A DNA stretch of 64,000 nt from Thermoplasmata archaeon (lineage in GTDB: Archaea > Thermoplasmatota > Thermoplasmata > Lutacidiplasmatales > UBA184): NCBI GenBank assembly GCA_035622275.1, contig DASPVQ010000006.1:2455-66454 (forward strand), written 5' to 3'. Within the stretch, counting starts at the first letter, position 1. Every line of letters begins with the position of its first letter. The position numbers and the translations under genes were made by a program. The notes under the pieces were generated by a model. It was not told the origin of the DNA and did no database searches. It saw nothing but the letters and a program-made list of their open reading frames with translations. This document shows positions 1 through 8,676 of the stretch, one piece after another.

Positions 1-2
1 CG

Positions 3-1706
3 TTCCTCGGGCGGGGCGACGTGGACTGGATCCGCTTCGCCCAGTCGACCCCGGACGCCCGAGAGGCGCACCGGCTCAAGGGGATCTTCGACGACCTGCC
101 GTCGGTCACGCAACGGGTCGTCGGGTACGTCGCGCTCCTGGGCGGCAACGTAGGGGAGGTCGTCCTCTCCCGCGTCGCCCGCCTGACCTACTCGCAGCTC
201 GCCGAGGCGCTGCTACCGGCGACAGGCGTGGGCGTCGTCAAGGTCCAGGAAGGGCGCGTCGTCATCCCCCACCTCCCGTGGATCATGCTCGCGCGGGATC
301 TGCTGCCCCCCAAGCAGCTGGCCGAGATGCACCTCGAGATCGCGAACGCTCTCGCCGCCCTCTCGCCCGAACCGTCGCTCGCCCGGCGCATCGAGGTGGC
401 GCAGCACTACCTCGCCTGGTACCCCGGCCCGATGGCGCTCCGCCACCTGCTCGAGGCCGGTGAGCTGAGCCTGCACCTGCTCGCGTACGATTCCGCGGAG
501 GAACTGTTCGCCCAGGCGATCCAGTGCCTCCCGTCCCTTCCCGCCGCCGAACGGGGCTCCAGCGAGGCCGAGCTGAGGCTGCTGCACGCGCAGGCCCTGT
601 TCTGCGCGGGCCGACCCGACGAGGCCGTCGACGAGATGCGGGAGGGGCTCACCCGGGCGCTGGGCGCGGGCGTGCCGATCGAGATCGTCGGCGAGTGGAT
701 GGAGTTCCTCGTGCTGACGATGCGGCTGGTCGGACCTCGGCCGAACCTCGTGCAGACCCTCGGCGAGATCGCGGACCGGTGCCACGACGCCCAGTGGGTC
801 GAGATCGAGATCCTGTTGCAGTCGCTCCTGGTCGAGTTCTACTGGGAGCGGGGCCAGACCGAGCGGGCCCGCGAGGAGTCCCGACGCTCCGGCGCGCTGG
901 CCCAGGCGCTCCCCGCCGGACACCTGCAGGCGACCGCGCTGCTCGCCGTCGGACTCGCCCGCATCGACGGGACGCCGGAGGAGCAGGAGGTCGCGCGCCG
1001 GTTCCTCGCCTCGGGCCGACTCCTCCTCGGGCGCGCACGGCGCTGGGAGCTCGATCACATGGCCGGCGATGTCGAGGCCCGGCTGCTCGAGGCGCAGGAG
1101 GAGTGGGCGAAGGCGCTCCAGCTGCGCGAGCAGGCGATCCCGAGCCTGCAGCGGCAGAAGCTGCACAGCGTGGAGCTGTACCACCAGCTGGCGATCGCGA
1201 GCCTGCTCCTCGACCACCGCAACGGCAAGGGCGTCGAGGCCGTCCTCGCGCGGGCGACCGCGCTCGTCGAGTCGCTCCACCTCGATCCCCCGTCGCCGTC
1301 GCTCTTCCGCCTGTGGATGCTCGAGGCCCGGGTCCGGGCCCTCAACGGCGAGACGAGCGCGGCGCGCGACCGCTGGGAGGCCATCGCGGAGTCCCCGGCG
1401 AGCGCGCTGCTCCCGCGACAGCGCGCCGAGAGCCTGCTCCGCCTGGCCCTGCTCGAGCGCTCGGTCGACCGGGCGGACGTCGCCGAGGCCCGGGAGCGCG
1501 TCCTGCGGGCGCCCGACCTCCGCTCGGCGATCCCGACGGCCTGGGTCGCCCAGCTCGGCGAGCTCGCCAGCCTCGCATCCCAGAGCGATCACGGCGGCGC
1601 GCCGCTGCCGATCGTCGCCGTGTCAGGTCGGCGACGCGACGCTCAGGGCCGGGAACGCGCTCGGCGCGAGCCCGTAGGCGATCGTCAGCGCCCCGACGAC
1701 CAGTAG
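3..1706 (+). CDS. 5'-partial large helical-repeat (TPR-like) protein, probably the C-terminal part of an ATPase/TPR protein
   Basis: Frame is open to the window edge; repeated amphipathic helices; host-like codon use; the 3' end overlaps the next gene by ~84 nt. Confidence 0.5.
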   Translation, partial: FLGRGDVDWIRFAQSTPDAREAHRLKGIFDDLPSVTQRVVGYVALLGGNVGEVVLSRVARLTYSQLAEALLPATGVGVVKVQEGRVVIPHLPWIMLARDLLPPKQLAEMHLEIANALAALSPEPSLARRIEVAQHYLAWYPGPMALRHLLEAGELSLHLLAYDSAEELFAQAIQCLPSLPAAERGSSEAELRLLHAQALFCAGRPDEAVDEMREGLTRALGAGVPIEIVGEWMEFLVLTMRLVGPRPNLVQTLGEIADRCHDAQWVEIEILLQSLLVEFYWERGQTERAREESRRSGALAQALPAGHLQATALLAVGLARIDGTPEEQEVARRFLASGRLLLGRARRWELDHMAGDVEARLLEAQEEWAKALQLREQAIPSLQRQKLHSVELYHQLAIASLLLDHRNGKGVEAVLARATALVESLHLDPPSPSLFRLWMLEARVRALNGETSAARDRWEAIAESPASALLPRQRAESLLRLALLERSVDRADVAEARERVLRAPDLRSAIPTAWVAQLGELASLASQSDHGGAPLPIVAVSGRRRDAQGRERARREPVGDRQRPDDQ

Positions 1707-2243
1707 GATCACGACCACGATCCGGTGCAGGAGCATCGGCTCGACGCGGGCCCCGAGGCGGCCCCCCAGCCAGGCGGCCCACGCGGCCACGCTCGCCAGG
1801 GCGAGCGCGCCGGCGGCGAAGACGACGAGCCAGCCGTACGTCGTCACGAACAGCACCTCGATGATCATCGTCGTGTCGCCGAGCTCGAGCAGGAGCACGG
1901 TGGCGAAGGCCGCGAGCAGCGCGGTCCGCGCGCTCGTGGCCCCCTCCGCGCCTTCCTCCGGACCGCGGTACCAGAGCCAGAGGGCGTAGCCGATCAGGAA
2001 CGTGCCGGCGCCCGCACGGACCAGGCCGACGCGGCCGGGGCCGAGCAGGGCGACCAGCGTAGCCCCCACGCTGACCGCGATCGCGGTCGACACGACGAAC
2101 GCCACGGCCGCGCCCGCCCACGACGCTACCGGCGGATGGCGGGAGGCCAGCGCGATGATCGCGAAGCTGGTCCGGTCGAACAGCTCGAAGCCGCCGGTGA
2201 CGGCGAAGACGACGAGGAACCCGCTGAGGAAGGCGAGGTCCAT
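1623..2243 (-). CDS. TMEM165/GDT1 (UPF0016) family Ca2+/Mn2+ transporter
   Basis: Two copies of the E-x-G-D-(K/R)-T-like motif (ELFDRTS, ELGDTTM); ~6 TM helices. Confidence 0.85.
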   Translation of the reverse strand: MDLAFLSGFLVVFAVTGGFELFDRTSFAIIALASRHPPVASWAGAAVAFVVSTAIAVSVGATLVALLGPGRVGLVRAGAGTFLIGYALWLWYRGPEEGAEGATSARTALLAAFATVLLLELGDTTMIIEVLFVTTYGWLVVFAAGALALASVAAWAAWLGGRLGARVEPMLLHRIVVVILLVVGALTIAYGLAPSAFPALSVASPT

Positions 2244-2255
2244 CGCCCGGCCCGG

Positions 2256-2714
2256 CTACGAGAGGTGGTGGAGGAAGTCGTCCACCCGCCGCTCGCAGAA
2301 GACGCAGGTGAGCACGATCGGGCGGCGGGTCGTCACCTCGAACTCGCTCTCGATCGGCTCCGACTGGTTCGTGATGCAGTTCAGGTTCGGGCACACGAGC
2401 ACCCCGAGGATCCGCTCGGGCAGGTCGACCGGGCGCTTCTCGCGGACCTTGAAGTCCCGGATGATCGAGATCGTCGCGGTGGGCGCGATGAGCGCGATGG
2501 CGTTGACCTTGCGGGGCGACAGCTCCATGTTCTCGACCTTGACGATGTCCTTCCAGCCGAGCTTGCCGGAGCGGACGTGCAGCGCGATGCTGACCGTCGA
2601 GTCCTTGTCGAGGCTCTGGACGCCCACGATCCGCAGCACGTCGAGCGCGAGACCGTTCGCGATGTGGTCGATGACGGTCCCGTTCTTGATCGGGGTGATC
2701 TTCAGCTCGCGCAT
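2256..2714 (-). CDS. pyrI: Aspartate carbamoyltransferase regulatory subunit
   Basis: IKNGTVIDHI N-terminus; Zn ligands CPNLNC and CVFC; adjacent to pyrB. Confidence 0.97.
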   Translation of the reverse strand: MRELKITPIKNGTVIDHIANGLALDVLRIVGVQSLDKDSTVSIALHVRSGKLGWKDIVKVENMELSPRKVNAIALIAPTATISIIRDFKVREKRPVDLPERILGVLVCPNLNCITNQSEPIESEFEVTTRRPIVLTCVFCERRVDDFLHHLS

Positions 2715-2718
2715 CGCC

Positions 2719-3663
2719 TCACCGACCGCGGCGCGCCTTCGGCGGCGCGAGGATGGCGTTGAGCAGCGCCATCCGGACCGGGACCGCGAGGAACGCCTGC
2801 CGGAAGTAGGCCGCGTGCGGGGTCGAATCGACCTCCGGCGCGATCTCGCCGGCCCGGGGCAGCGGATGGAGGACGATGAGGCGCGACTTCGCCCCGGCGA
2901 GGACGGCGTTGTCGATGCGGTAGGAGCCCGCGACCTTCTGGTACTCGCTCTCGTCCGGGAACCGCTCCTTCTGGATGCGCGTGACGTAGAGCACGTCCGC
3001 GTCGCGGATCGCTCGATGGAGCTGGTCCTCCTCGGTCAGATGGACCCCCATGTGCTCGAGCTGGTCGCGAACCTCCTCCGGGAGCCGCAGCGTCGGGGGC
3101 GACGAGAGCACGAGCTCGGCCCCGAAGAGCGCCAGCGCGTAGGCGAGCGAGTGGACGGTGCGTCCGTACTTCAGATCCCCGAGCAGGACGACCCGGAGGC
3201 CGGACAGCGTCCCGAAGGCCTCCTCCATCGTCGCGAGATCGAGCAGCGTTTGCGTGGGATGCTGGCCCGCGCCGTCCCCGGCGTTGAGGACCGGTTTGTC
3301 GGAGGCGCGGGCGGCCAGCCGGGCCGATCCCTCGTTCGGATGCCGCAGCACGATCGCGTCGGCGTAGGCCGTCAGCATCCGGACCGTGTCGTACAGGCTC
3401 TCGCCCTTGCGCACCGACGACGAGCCCGGGTCCGCGATCGTCAGGCATCGGCCGCCCAGCCGGTGTACCGCCGACTCGAACGACAGCCGCGTTCGCGTCG
3501 AGGGCTCGAAGAAGGCCATCGCGACGATCTTGTCTTCCAGCGTGCGCGCGACCTTCGTTCCCTCGGCGTAGGGGATCATGCGACGCGCGTCGGCGACCAG
3601 GGATTCGATCTCCTCGCGCGAGAGGTCGCGGATGGAGATCACGTCGCGACCGTGGAGCGACAT
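2719..3663 (-). CDS. pyrB: Aspartate carbamoyltransferase catalytic subunit
   Basis: FFEPSTRTRLSF, HPTQTLLD and HPLPR motifs; ATG at 3663 chosen as start. Confidence 0.97.
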   Translation of the reverse strand: MSLHGRDVISIRDLSREEIESLVADARRMIPYAEGTKVARTLEDKIVAMAFFEPSTRTRLSFESAVHRLGGRCLTIADPGSSSVRKGESLYDTVRMLTAYADAIVLRHPNEGSARLAARASDKPVLNAGDGAGQHPTQTLLDLATMEEAFGTLSGLRVVLLGDLKYGRTVHSLAYALALFGAELVLSSPPTLRLPEEVRDQLEHMGVHLTEEDQLHRAIRDADVLYVTRIQKERFPDESEYQKVAGSYRIDNAVLAGAKSRLIVLHPLPRAGEIAPEVDSTPHAAYFRQAFLAVPVRMALLNAILAPPKARRGR

Positions 3664-3766
3664 CCGCTGCGCCACGGAGGTCCCTTCCTTAAGTCCTTCT
3701 CGAGACGACCCGCGCCGGACCGCCCGCGCTCGTAACGGCTAAGCGAGCCGACCCGTGCTCCGCGCC

Positions 3767-4690
3767 ATGGAGGCGGCGCCCTGGTCGTGGGGCTCCCGGC
3801 TCACGTTCCTGCTGGTCGTCGTCTTCTGGGGCCTCAACTACCCGTTCGTGAACCTGGGGCTCACGGCGGCCTCGCCGCTCTGGCTCGCGTCCCTGCGGGC
3901 GGGGATCGGCGCGCTCGCGACGCTGGGCGTCGTGAGCGCCCGGCACGCGTGGGGCTCCCTGGACCGGGCCGCGCGCCGGGATGCGATCGTGCTGGGGCTT
4001 CTCAATACCGGCGCGTTCTTCGGCCTGTGGTTCTGGGCGGCCCGGGAGGTCACTCCGGGCCTGGCGGCCGTGATCATCTACACCTTCCCGCTGTGGGTAG
4101 CGCTGCTGTCGCTCCCAGTGCTCGGACGGGGGCTCCACGGATGCCAGTGGGCCTCGGTCGGAGTCGGCTTCGCCGGGGTCGCCCTGATCTCGCAGCTCGG
4201 CGAGACGGGTGGCTCAAGCGTGAGCGTGCCGGCGGCCGTCGCCCTGCTGCTCGCCGCGCTCGCTTGGGCACTCGGCACGGTCCTTTTCCAGCGCCGATTT
4301 CGACCCTCGCAGCTGATGGAAGCGAACGCCTGGCAGCTGTTGGGTGGCACGTCCGGCCTCTTGGCCGCGACTCTCGCCATCGCGCCCCGGCCCCTGCCGA
4401 CCGCGACCCCGAGCCTGGTGGCGTCGCTCCTCTGGATGGGACTGCTCGGAACGGCGGCCGCCTACCTGATCTGGTTCTCGCTGCTGGCGCGGACTCCAGC
4501 CTCGACCCTGAGCGCCTATACGTTCCTCGTGCCCGTCGTCGCGCTCGCGTTCTCAGCCGCGTTCCTGGGCGAGCGGCTGGATTACCTGCAACTGGTCGGT
4601 GTGGCGTTGGTGCTCGCGAGCATCTACGGAATCGGGCGTGCCTATGGGAACCGGTCCGAGCACGATGGCCCCCGACCTCAAGCGACGTGA
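3767..4690 (+). CDS. DMT/EamA family transporter
   Basis: ~10 TM helices in two EamA-like repeats. Confidence 0.85.
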   Translation: MEAAPWSWGSRLTFLLVVVFWGLNYPFVNLGLTAASPLWLASLRAGIGALATLGVVSARHAWGSLDRAARRDAIVLGLLNTGAFFGLWFWAAREVTPGLAAVIIYTFPLWVALLSLPVLGRGLHGCQWASVGVGFAGVALISQLGETGGSSVSVPAAVALLLAALAWALGTVLFQRRFRPSQLMEANAWQLLGGTSGLLAATLAIAPRPLPTATPSLVASLLWMGLLGTAAAYLIWFSLLARTPASTLSAYTFLVPVVALAFSAAFLGERLDYLQLVGVALVLASIYGIGRAYGNRSEHDGPRPQAT

Positions 4691-4855
4691 CCTCGAGCTG
4701 TCCTCAGCGCGTTGGCCTTCGGAGGGCGGGCCACCGGTCGGGGCGACCGTTTTTGCGGGTTGCCGGCGCCGATACGTCGAGCTGGGCCTCCCCGAGTGGG
4801 GGCGGCTGAGCCGTCGGCCGCGCCGGGACCACGTTCGCCCGGAGCCCCCGGGAGA

Positions 4856-5113
4856 TCACCGAGGAGGGTCCCGGCGGTCCTCGCGAACGCCCCGCGCGAA
4901 CCCGGACGCGTAGCACAGCGGAGCCAGCGCCGCGGTGGCCACGATGGCGCCGAGTCCCGCCTCCGCCAACGATGCGGTGGTCTCGGCCGAGCCCAGACCA
5001 TACGCGAGCAACCCCGCCCCGGCAACCAGGAGGACCGCCGCCTCGACCCGAGCGTAAGCGACTATCCGACTCTGAGCTGCGTTGAGCGCAGGCGGGCGCC
5101 AGGACGCCGACAC
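4856..5113 (-). CDS. Small 2-TM membrane protein (hypothetical)
   Basis: Two hydrophobic segments; GTG start just downstream of an A-rich GGTAAAAG box. Confidence 0.4.
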   Translation of the reverse strand: MSASWRPPALNAAQSRIVAYARVEAAVLLVAGAGLLAYGLGSAETTASLAEAGLGAIVATAALAPLCYASGFARGVREDRRDPPR

Positions 5114-5240
5114 GGGCTTTTACCCGCCTTCCCACGTAGGAACGGCACCCGCCCACCCGACGACAGTCGGCGGGAGGGTTCTCCGTTGGGTCATTGGTCG
5201 TCGGGCGTACGAGTAACGCCCCGACGGTCACCCGCCGGGG

Positions 5241-5268
5241 CGGCCAGGTCGTGGTAGTAAGCCCCATT
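5241..5268. repeat. att repeat (left), duplicated rnpB 3' fragment
   Basis: CGGCCAGGTCGTGGTAGTAAGCCCCATT, identical to 9401-9428. Confidence 0.95.
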
Positions 5269-5464
5269 AGTGCGCTCACGTCAGAGAAAGTGCCCGGAAT
5301 GAGCCAAAACCAGGCCGCGACTCGTCGCATCCATCGTCGAAGTGTGCCTTCGGACACCCCCTCCTCCACCGCCCAAAGCATAGTCCAACCCATTCGGGCC
5401 CCGGGAAACCGGGGCCGCCCATCTCTTGAGGGGGAACCACCTCGCCCGAGCGAATCGCGCTCAC

Positions 5465-6580
5465 ATGTCGAAGCGTCGCCGTCAGTCGCAACCTGGGGGT
5501 CCACCAGCAGTCGCGGCGCCATTCTCACCCCCGTCAGATTCGAAGGGGTACAGGGTGCAGATCGGCTGGAATCCTCTACCCGAGGGCGTTGAGAGTGTCA
5601 AGGTAGCGCTCAGTGCCGTGCTGACCGACTCAACCGTTGACTGGGGGAAGCGCGGGCTCGACGAAATCTACGAGGCGTGCGGGCCGGAGCCTGCCAAGGG
5701 ACTTGCCGAGGGGGCGTGCAAGGTTTTGGTGAGGTCGGTTGTGCAGCCGGTAACGTTCCGGAAAGTGGGTGAAATCGAGCACTTCCGCGACGGACCCGAT
5801 ACTCCTGTTTCAGGAAAGGAGGAGGATTTCAAGGTCAGTCCCCCGAACGGGTCCTTCATCCGCCGATTCAGCGAGCCCGATCGGGCTCTGCGAATCGACC
5901 GATTGTTCTCGACAGCTGAACGAATCCGAAACTACTTGGCATACGCTTCGGCGCTCGCGCTCCCCGTAGTCGGAATACTTGTGAGCCGAGATTTTCTGTA
6001 CCCGGTTCGAATGGAATCCTCGCCGAGTCAGTACATGCCGAACGTCGGCGTTCCTTTCTCCACGGAGCGCACGCAGGAATGGTACAAGGTCTTCGAAGAA
6101 GCGTACGCTCGAACGCAGCTGCTGCTGGACACCCTCTCCCCCTCGGAACCCTCAGGGCGTGCCGTTTCCTTGGTCGGTGAGTCGATCTGGACGGCGGACG
6201 TCGAGGAGCGGTTCTTCTACGCCTGGCGGGCCCTTGAGGTCATAGCTTCCAGCGACCTGTCCCGGGCACGAGGCGAGCTGAGCGCCGGCAACCCTAAGCC
6301 CCTCGAGCCGTATCTCGAGCGGGCATCGGCCGCGCTCTCTCAAGGGCACGAATTCCGAATCGACCCCCAGGTCAGAGTCGAGGTTAGCGTGACGTCTCGG
6401 CTATCGGCGGGCGACGCCAAAATCGTACCAAAGCTCTATGAGCTGAGAAACGCGATTGCGCACGGCGAGGTCACCCCGGCTCAGCACTTGGAGGTCTTGA
6501 ATTTGAACCTCCCGATCGTCCGGTTGGCTCGCACGATCGCTGAGACGACTCTGAAGGTACAACCGGGGTCGAGCGGGTGA
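5465..6580 (+). CDS. HEPN-domain protein, ApeA/Abi-like predicted RNase
   Basis: C-terminal FFYAWRALE helix and R-x4-H motif (LRNAIAHG); ATG at 5465 (TTG at 5426 is possible). Confidence 0.75.
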   Translation: MSKRRRQSQPGGPPAVAAPFSPPSDSKGYRVQIGWNPLPEGVESVKVALSAVLTDSTVDWGKRGLDEIYEACGPEPAKGLAEGACKVLVRSVVQPVTFRKVGEIEHFRDGPDTPVSGKEEDFKVSPPNGSFIRRFSEPDRALRIDRLFSTAERIRNYLAYASALALPVVGILVSRDFLYPVRMESSPSQYMPNVGVPFSTERTQEWYKVFEEAYARTQLLLDTLSPSEPSGRAVSLVGESIWTADVEERFFYAWRALEVIASSDLSRARGELSAGNPKPLEPYLERASAALSQGHEFRIDPQVRVEVSVTSRLSAGDAKIVPKLYELRNAIAHGEVTPAQHLEVLNLNLPIVRLARTIAETTLKVQPGSSG

Positions 6581-6844
6581 AGGCCCGGCCCGGAATGTCG
6601 GCGTTACTGAAAGAATCCAGGATTCTTGACCGGGAAGGGTCTCCCGCCGGGCGCGTCTATGCCGGTTGGCCAGCGCGCTCTCCCCTGATTGAGTCGAGTC
6701 GCGGCTACTGACGTCGCAGGAGCCTCGCTCCGAATTGGCCCGGCGAACTCCCTCGCAACCCAGCCCAGATTCGACTCGCTCCCAACGGGGGCGAGGACTT
6801 CCCGAACCAGCTCGACGGTTCTACGGCCCGAAGGGGCGCAACAC

Positions 6845-7801
6845 CTACGAAGCGATCAATCCCAACGCTTCAGCGATCTCTGGCCTCTCAGACGCCCGCT
6901 GCGAATAGGGCCCGAAAATCTCGGGATCGCCTTCGTACTGGCCCTGACTCTGTCGGTGAAAGACTTGAGCGTTCGCCAGCCGCATAACCTGCGTTGTCGG
7001 ATGCCCGTGAGTTGGCGTCCCGTAGATGCCCGAATACGATTCCTGAAGCCCCTTGAGACTCATGAGTGGCAGGCTGTTGGCCTCCAGCGCCCGCCAATAG
7101 TACGCGTTCGTCCAGCGAAGATAAGGGAGCATCATGTTCCAATGCAACACCTCGCGCATGTAGGTGCCACGTTGACGGAGGATGTCACCCATCATCCAAT
7201 GGACGGCTGCGTATTCCTCGGATCGCTGCTCGCGCGCGGCACGGAACGCCGGACCGGGGACGAGCAGCCCTTCCTCCTTCGCCGCGTATCCCAGCTCGGT
7301 CAACAGACCGAGATACGCATCGAAGTTGGAGCCTGAGCGATACCGTCGCCTCGACTTTGTGACGTCAACCCGACCATCCGCCGACAGGTCGGTCAAAATG
7401 CTCTGGAGGGGCCCCATTGCGACCTCCACCACAGAAACATGAACCAGGCGCTCGAAAAGGTCGGGTAGCAGTGCGCTCTCGGCTGAACTCGCGAGTCGCC
7501 TGTAGGCACCGCGCGCGCTCACTGAAAGCTCCCTCGAGCCTGGGCCATGGACAACCCCGCGTCGACCTCGCCGTTGCACATGGTATACGAGTCCAGTATC
7601 GAGTACGAGACGTCTCGAGATCCCGCCGGGGCGGCGGGCATCCTCAACCTCCTCTTGCGTTTCCACGAAGCAAGACCATTCGTTGGGTGAACGACGCTTG
7701 ATTCTGAGATTGCGAGCCACATTCCACCGCAGGAACGCTTGCAGCGAAACATCGGATCGAACGATCGACAGCGGGGCCGACAGGGTCGTCAAGACTTCCA
7801 C
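6845..7801 (-). CDS. Hypothetical protein, possibly with winged-helix-like segments
   Basis: 318-aa ORF in the island; its start overlaps the end of the upstream ORF (7789-7801); wHTH resemblance (YLGLLTELGY...LLVPG) judged by eye only. Confidence 0.6.
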   Translation of the reverse strand: MEVLTTLSAPLSIVRSDVSLQAFLRWNVARNLRIKRRSPNEWSCFVETQEEVEDARRPGGISRRLVLDTGLVYHVQRRGRRGVVHGPGSRELSVSARGAYRRLASSAESALLPDLFERLVHVSVVEVAMGPLQSILTDLSADGRVDVTKSRRRYRSGSNFDAYLGLLTELGYAAKEEGLLVPGPAFRAAREQRSEEYAAVHWMMGDILRQRGTYMREVLHWNMMLPYLRWTNAYYWRALEANSLPLMSLKGLQESYSGIYGTPTHGHPTTQVMRLANAQVFHRQSQGQYEGDPEIFGPYSQRASERPEIAEALGLIAS

Positions 7802-8472
7802 TCCCGATCCAGGTCGAGCTGGGTTCCCCCACCAGCGGCGCGCTCAATCCAAATGACGTATTTCCCGGTTTTGGCCTGCTCCCAGAGCGTCACAAGCCTC
7901 GGCGTGGGTATCTGAATTACACCCCTGGCAGGCGTAGATGAACCTTTCTTTGCGCGCGCTTTGAAAATTCCGCGGCCGGCAAGCTTCGACGCGAACGAAT
8001 CGAAGACCACCGATGTGATTCGATCGGACTGCATCAGTATCAGGTCGTGGTCCAGCCCGCGGTAGTTGTCCCCCTTGGTGGTTACCTGCGCCCAATACTC
8101 CGACGAGACTCCAATGATAGGATAGGAGGTATCCGGATTGCGAAGCACGGCCTGAACCAACGGCCACCGAGCTCTGTCGACGTCGCTCCGGGCCCTGATG
8201 CGGAAGGCTTGGGGGAGCTTCCGCTGGACCTTCGGTAGCCACTTCGCTGGCCCCGGCTGTACAGGTGCTGCAGCGTTGGGGAGGATCGCGGCGATCAATT
8301 CGTCGTAGGGAATTCGTAGTCCGGGAACAGCGAGGCGGTCCGAAAGTTCGTGAAGGATGTTGAAACATTGCGCAACCTCGCAGTCGGTCTCGACGTGTTG
8401 AAAGGAAAATCGACGTACAACTTGGCCCGGCGGACGGAGGCTCTTATCCTCGGAACCGATTCCGTCGGCCAC
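7789..8472 (-). CDS. Putative C39-like (papain-fold) cysteine peptidase
   Basis: Q-x4-DC motif (FQHVETDCEVAQC); downstream H-hydrophobic...D motif (DHDLILMQSD...VFDSF) matching the C39 Q/C/H/D layout. Confidence 0.55.
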   Translation of the reverse strand: MADGIGSEDKSLRPPGQVVRRFSFQHVETDCEVAQCFNILHELSDRLAVPGLRIPYDELIAAILPNAAAPVQPGPAKWLPKVQRKLPQAFRIRARSDVDRARWPLVQAVLRNPDTSYPIIGVSSEYWAQVTTKGDNYRGLDHDLILMQSDRITSVVFDSFASKLAGRGIFKARAKKGSSTPARGVIQIPTPRLVTLWEQAKTGKYVIWIERAAGGGTQLDLDREWKS

Positions 8473-8676
8473 CCCGACTTACGCTCCGGACTCTGGGAGA
8501 ACGGTCTTGTGTTTGTACCTTCGCATGGCGGCGGAGTCGGAGCGGATCCCACTTGCTCCTCGTGACCGCTGAGAGATGCTCTCTTGGCGTGGATAGGGCG
8601 CTGCTAGAAGCCGGCCGGCCGACTCGGCAGCGCTGGCAAGCCTGCGGGACTCGAGGGCGACCGTCTGACCCGCGAG

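Noticed and set aside
8605-8607. Pyrrolysine/stop readthrough extending the integrase
   Set aside because: A second stop (TGA 8563) follows closely upstream with no start codon gained except a TTG at 8584, and no pyl machinery is visible in the window.
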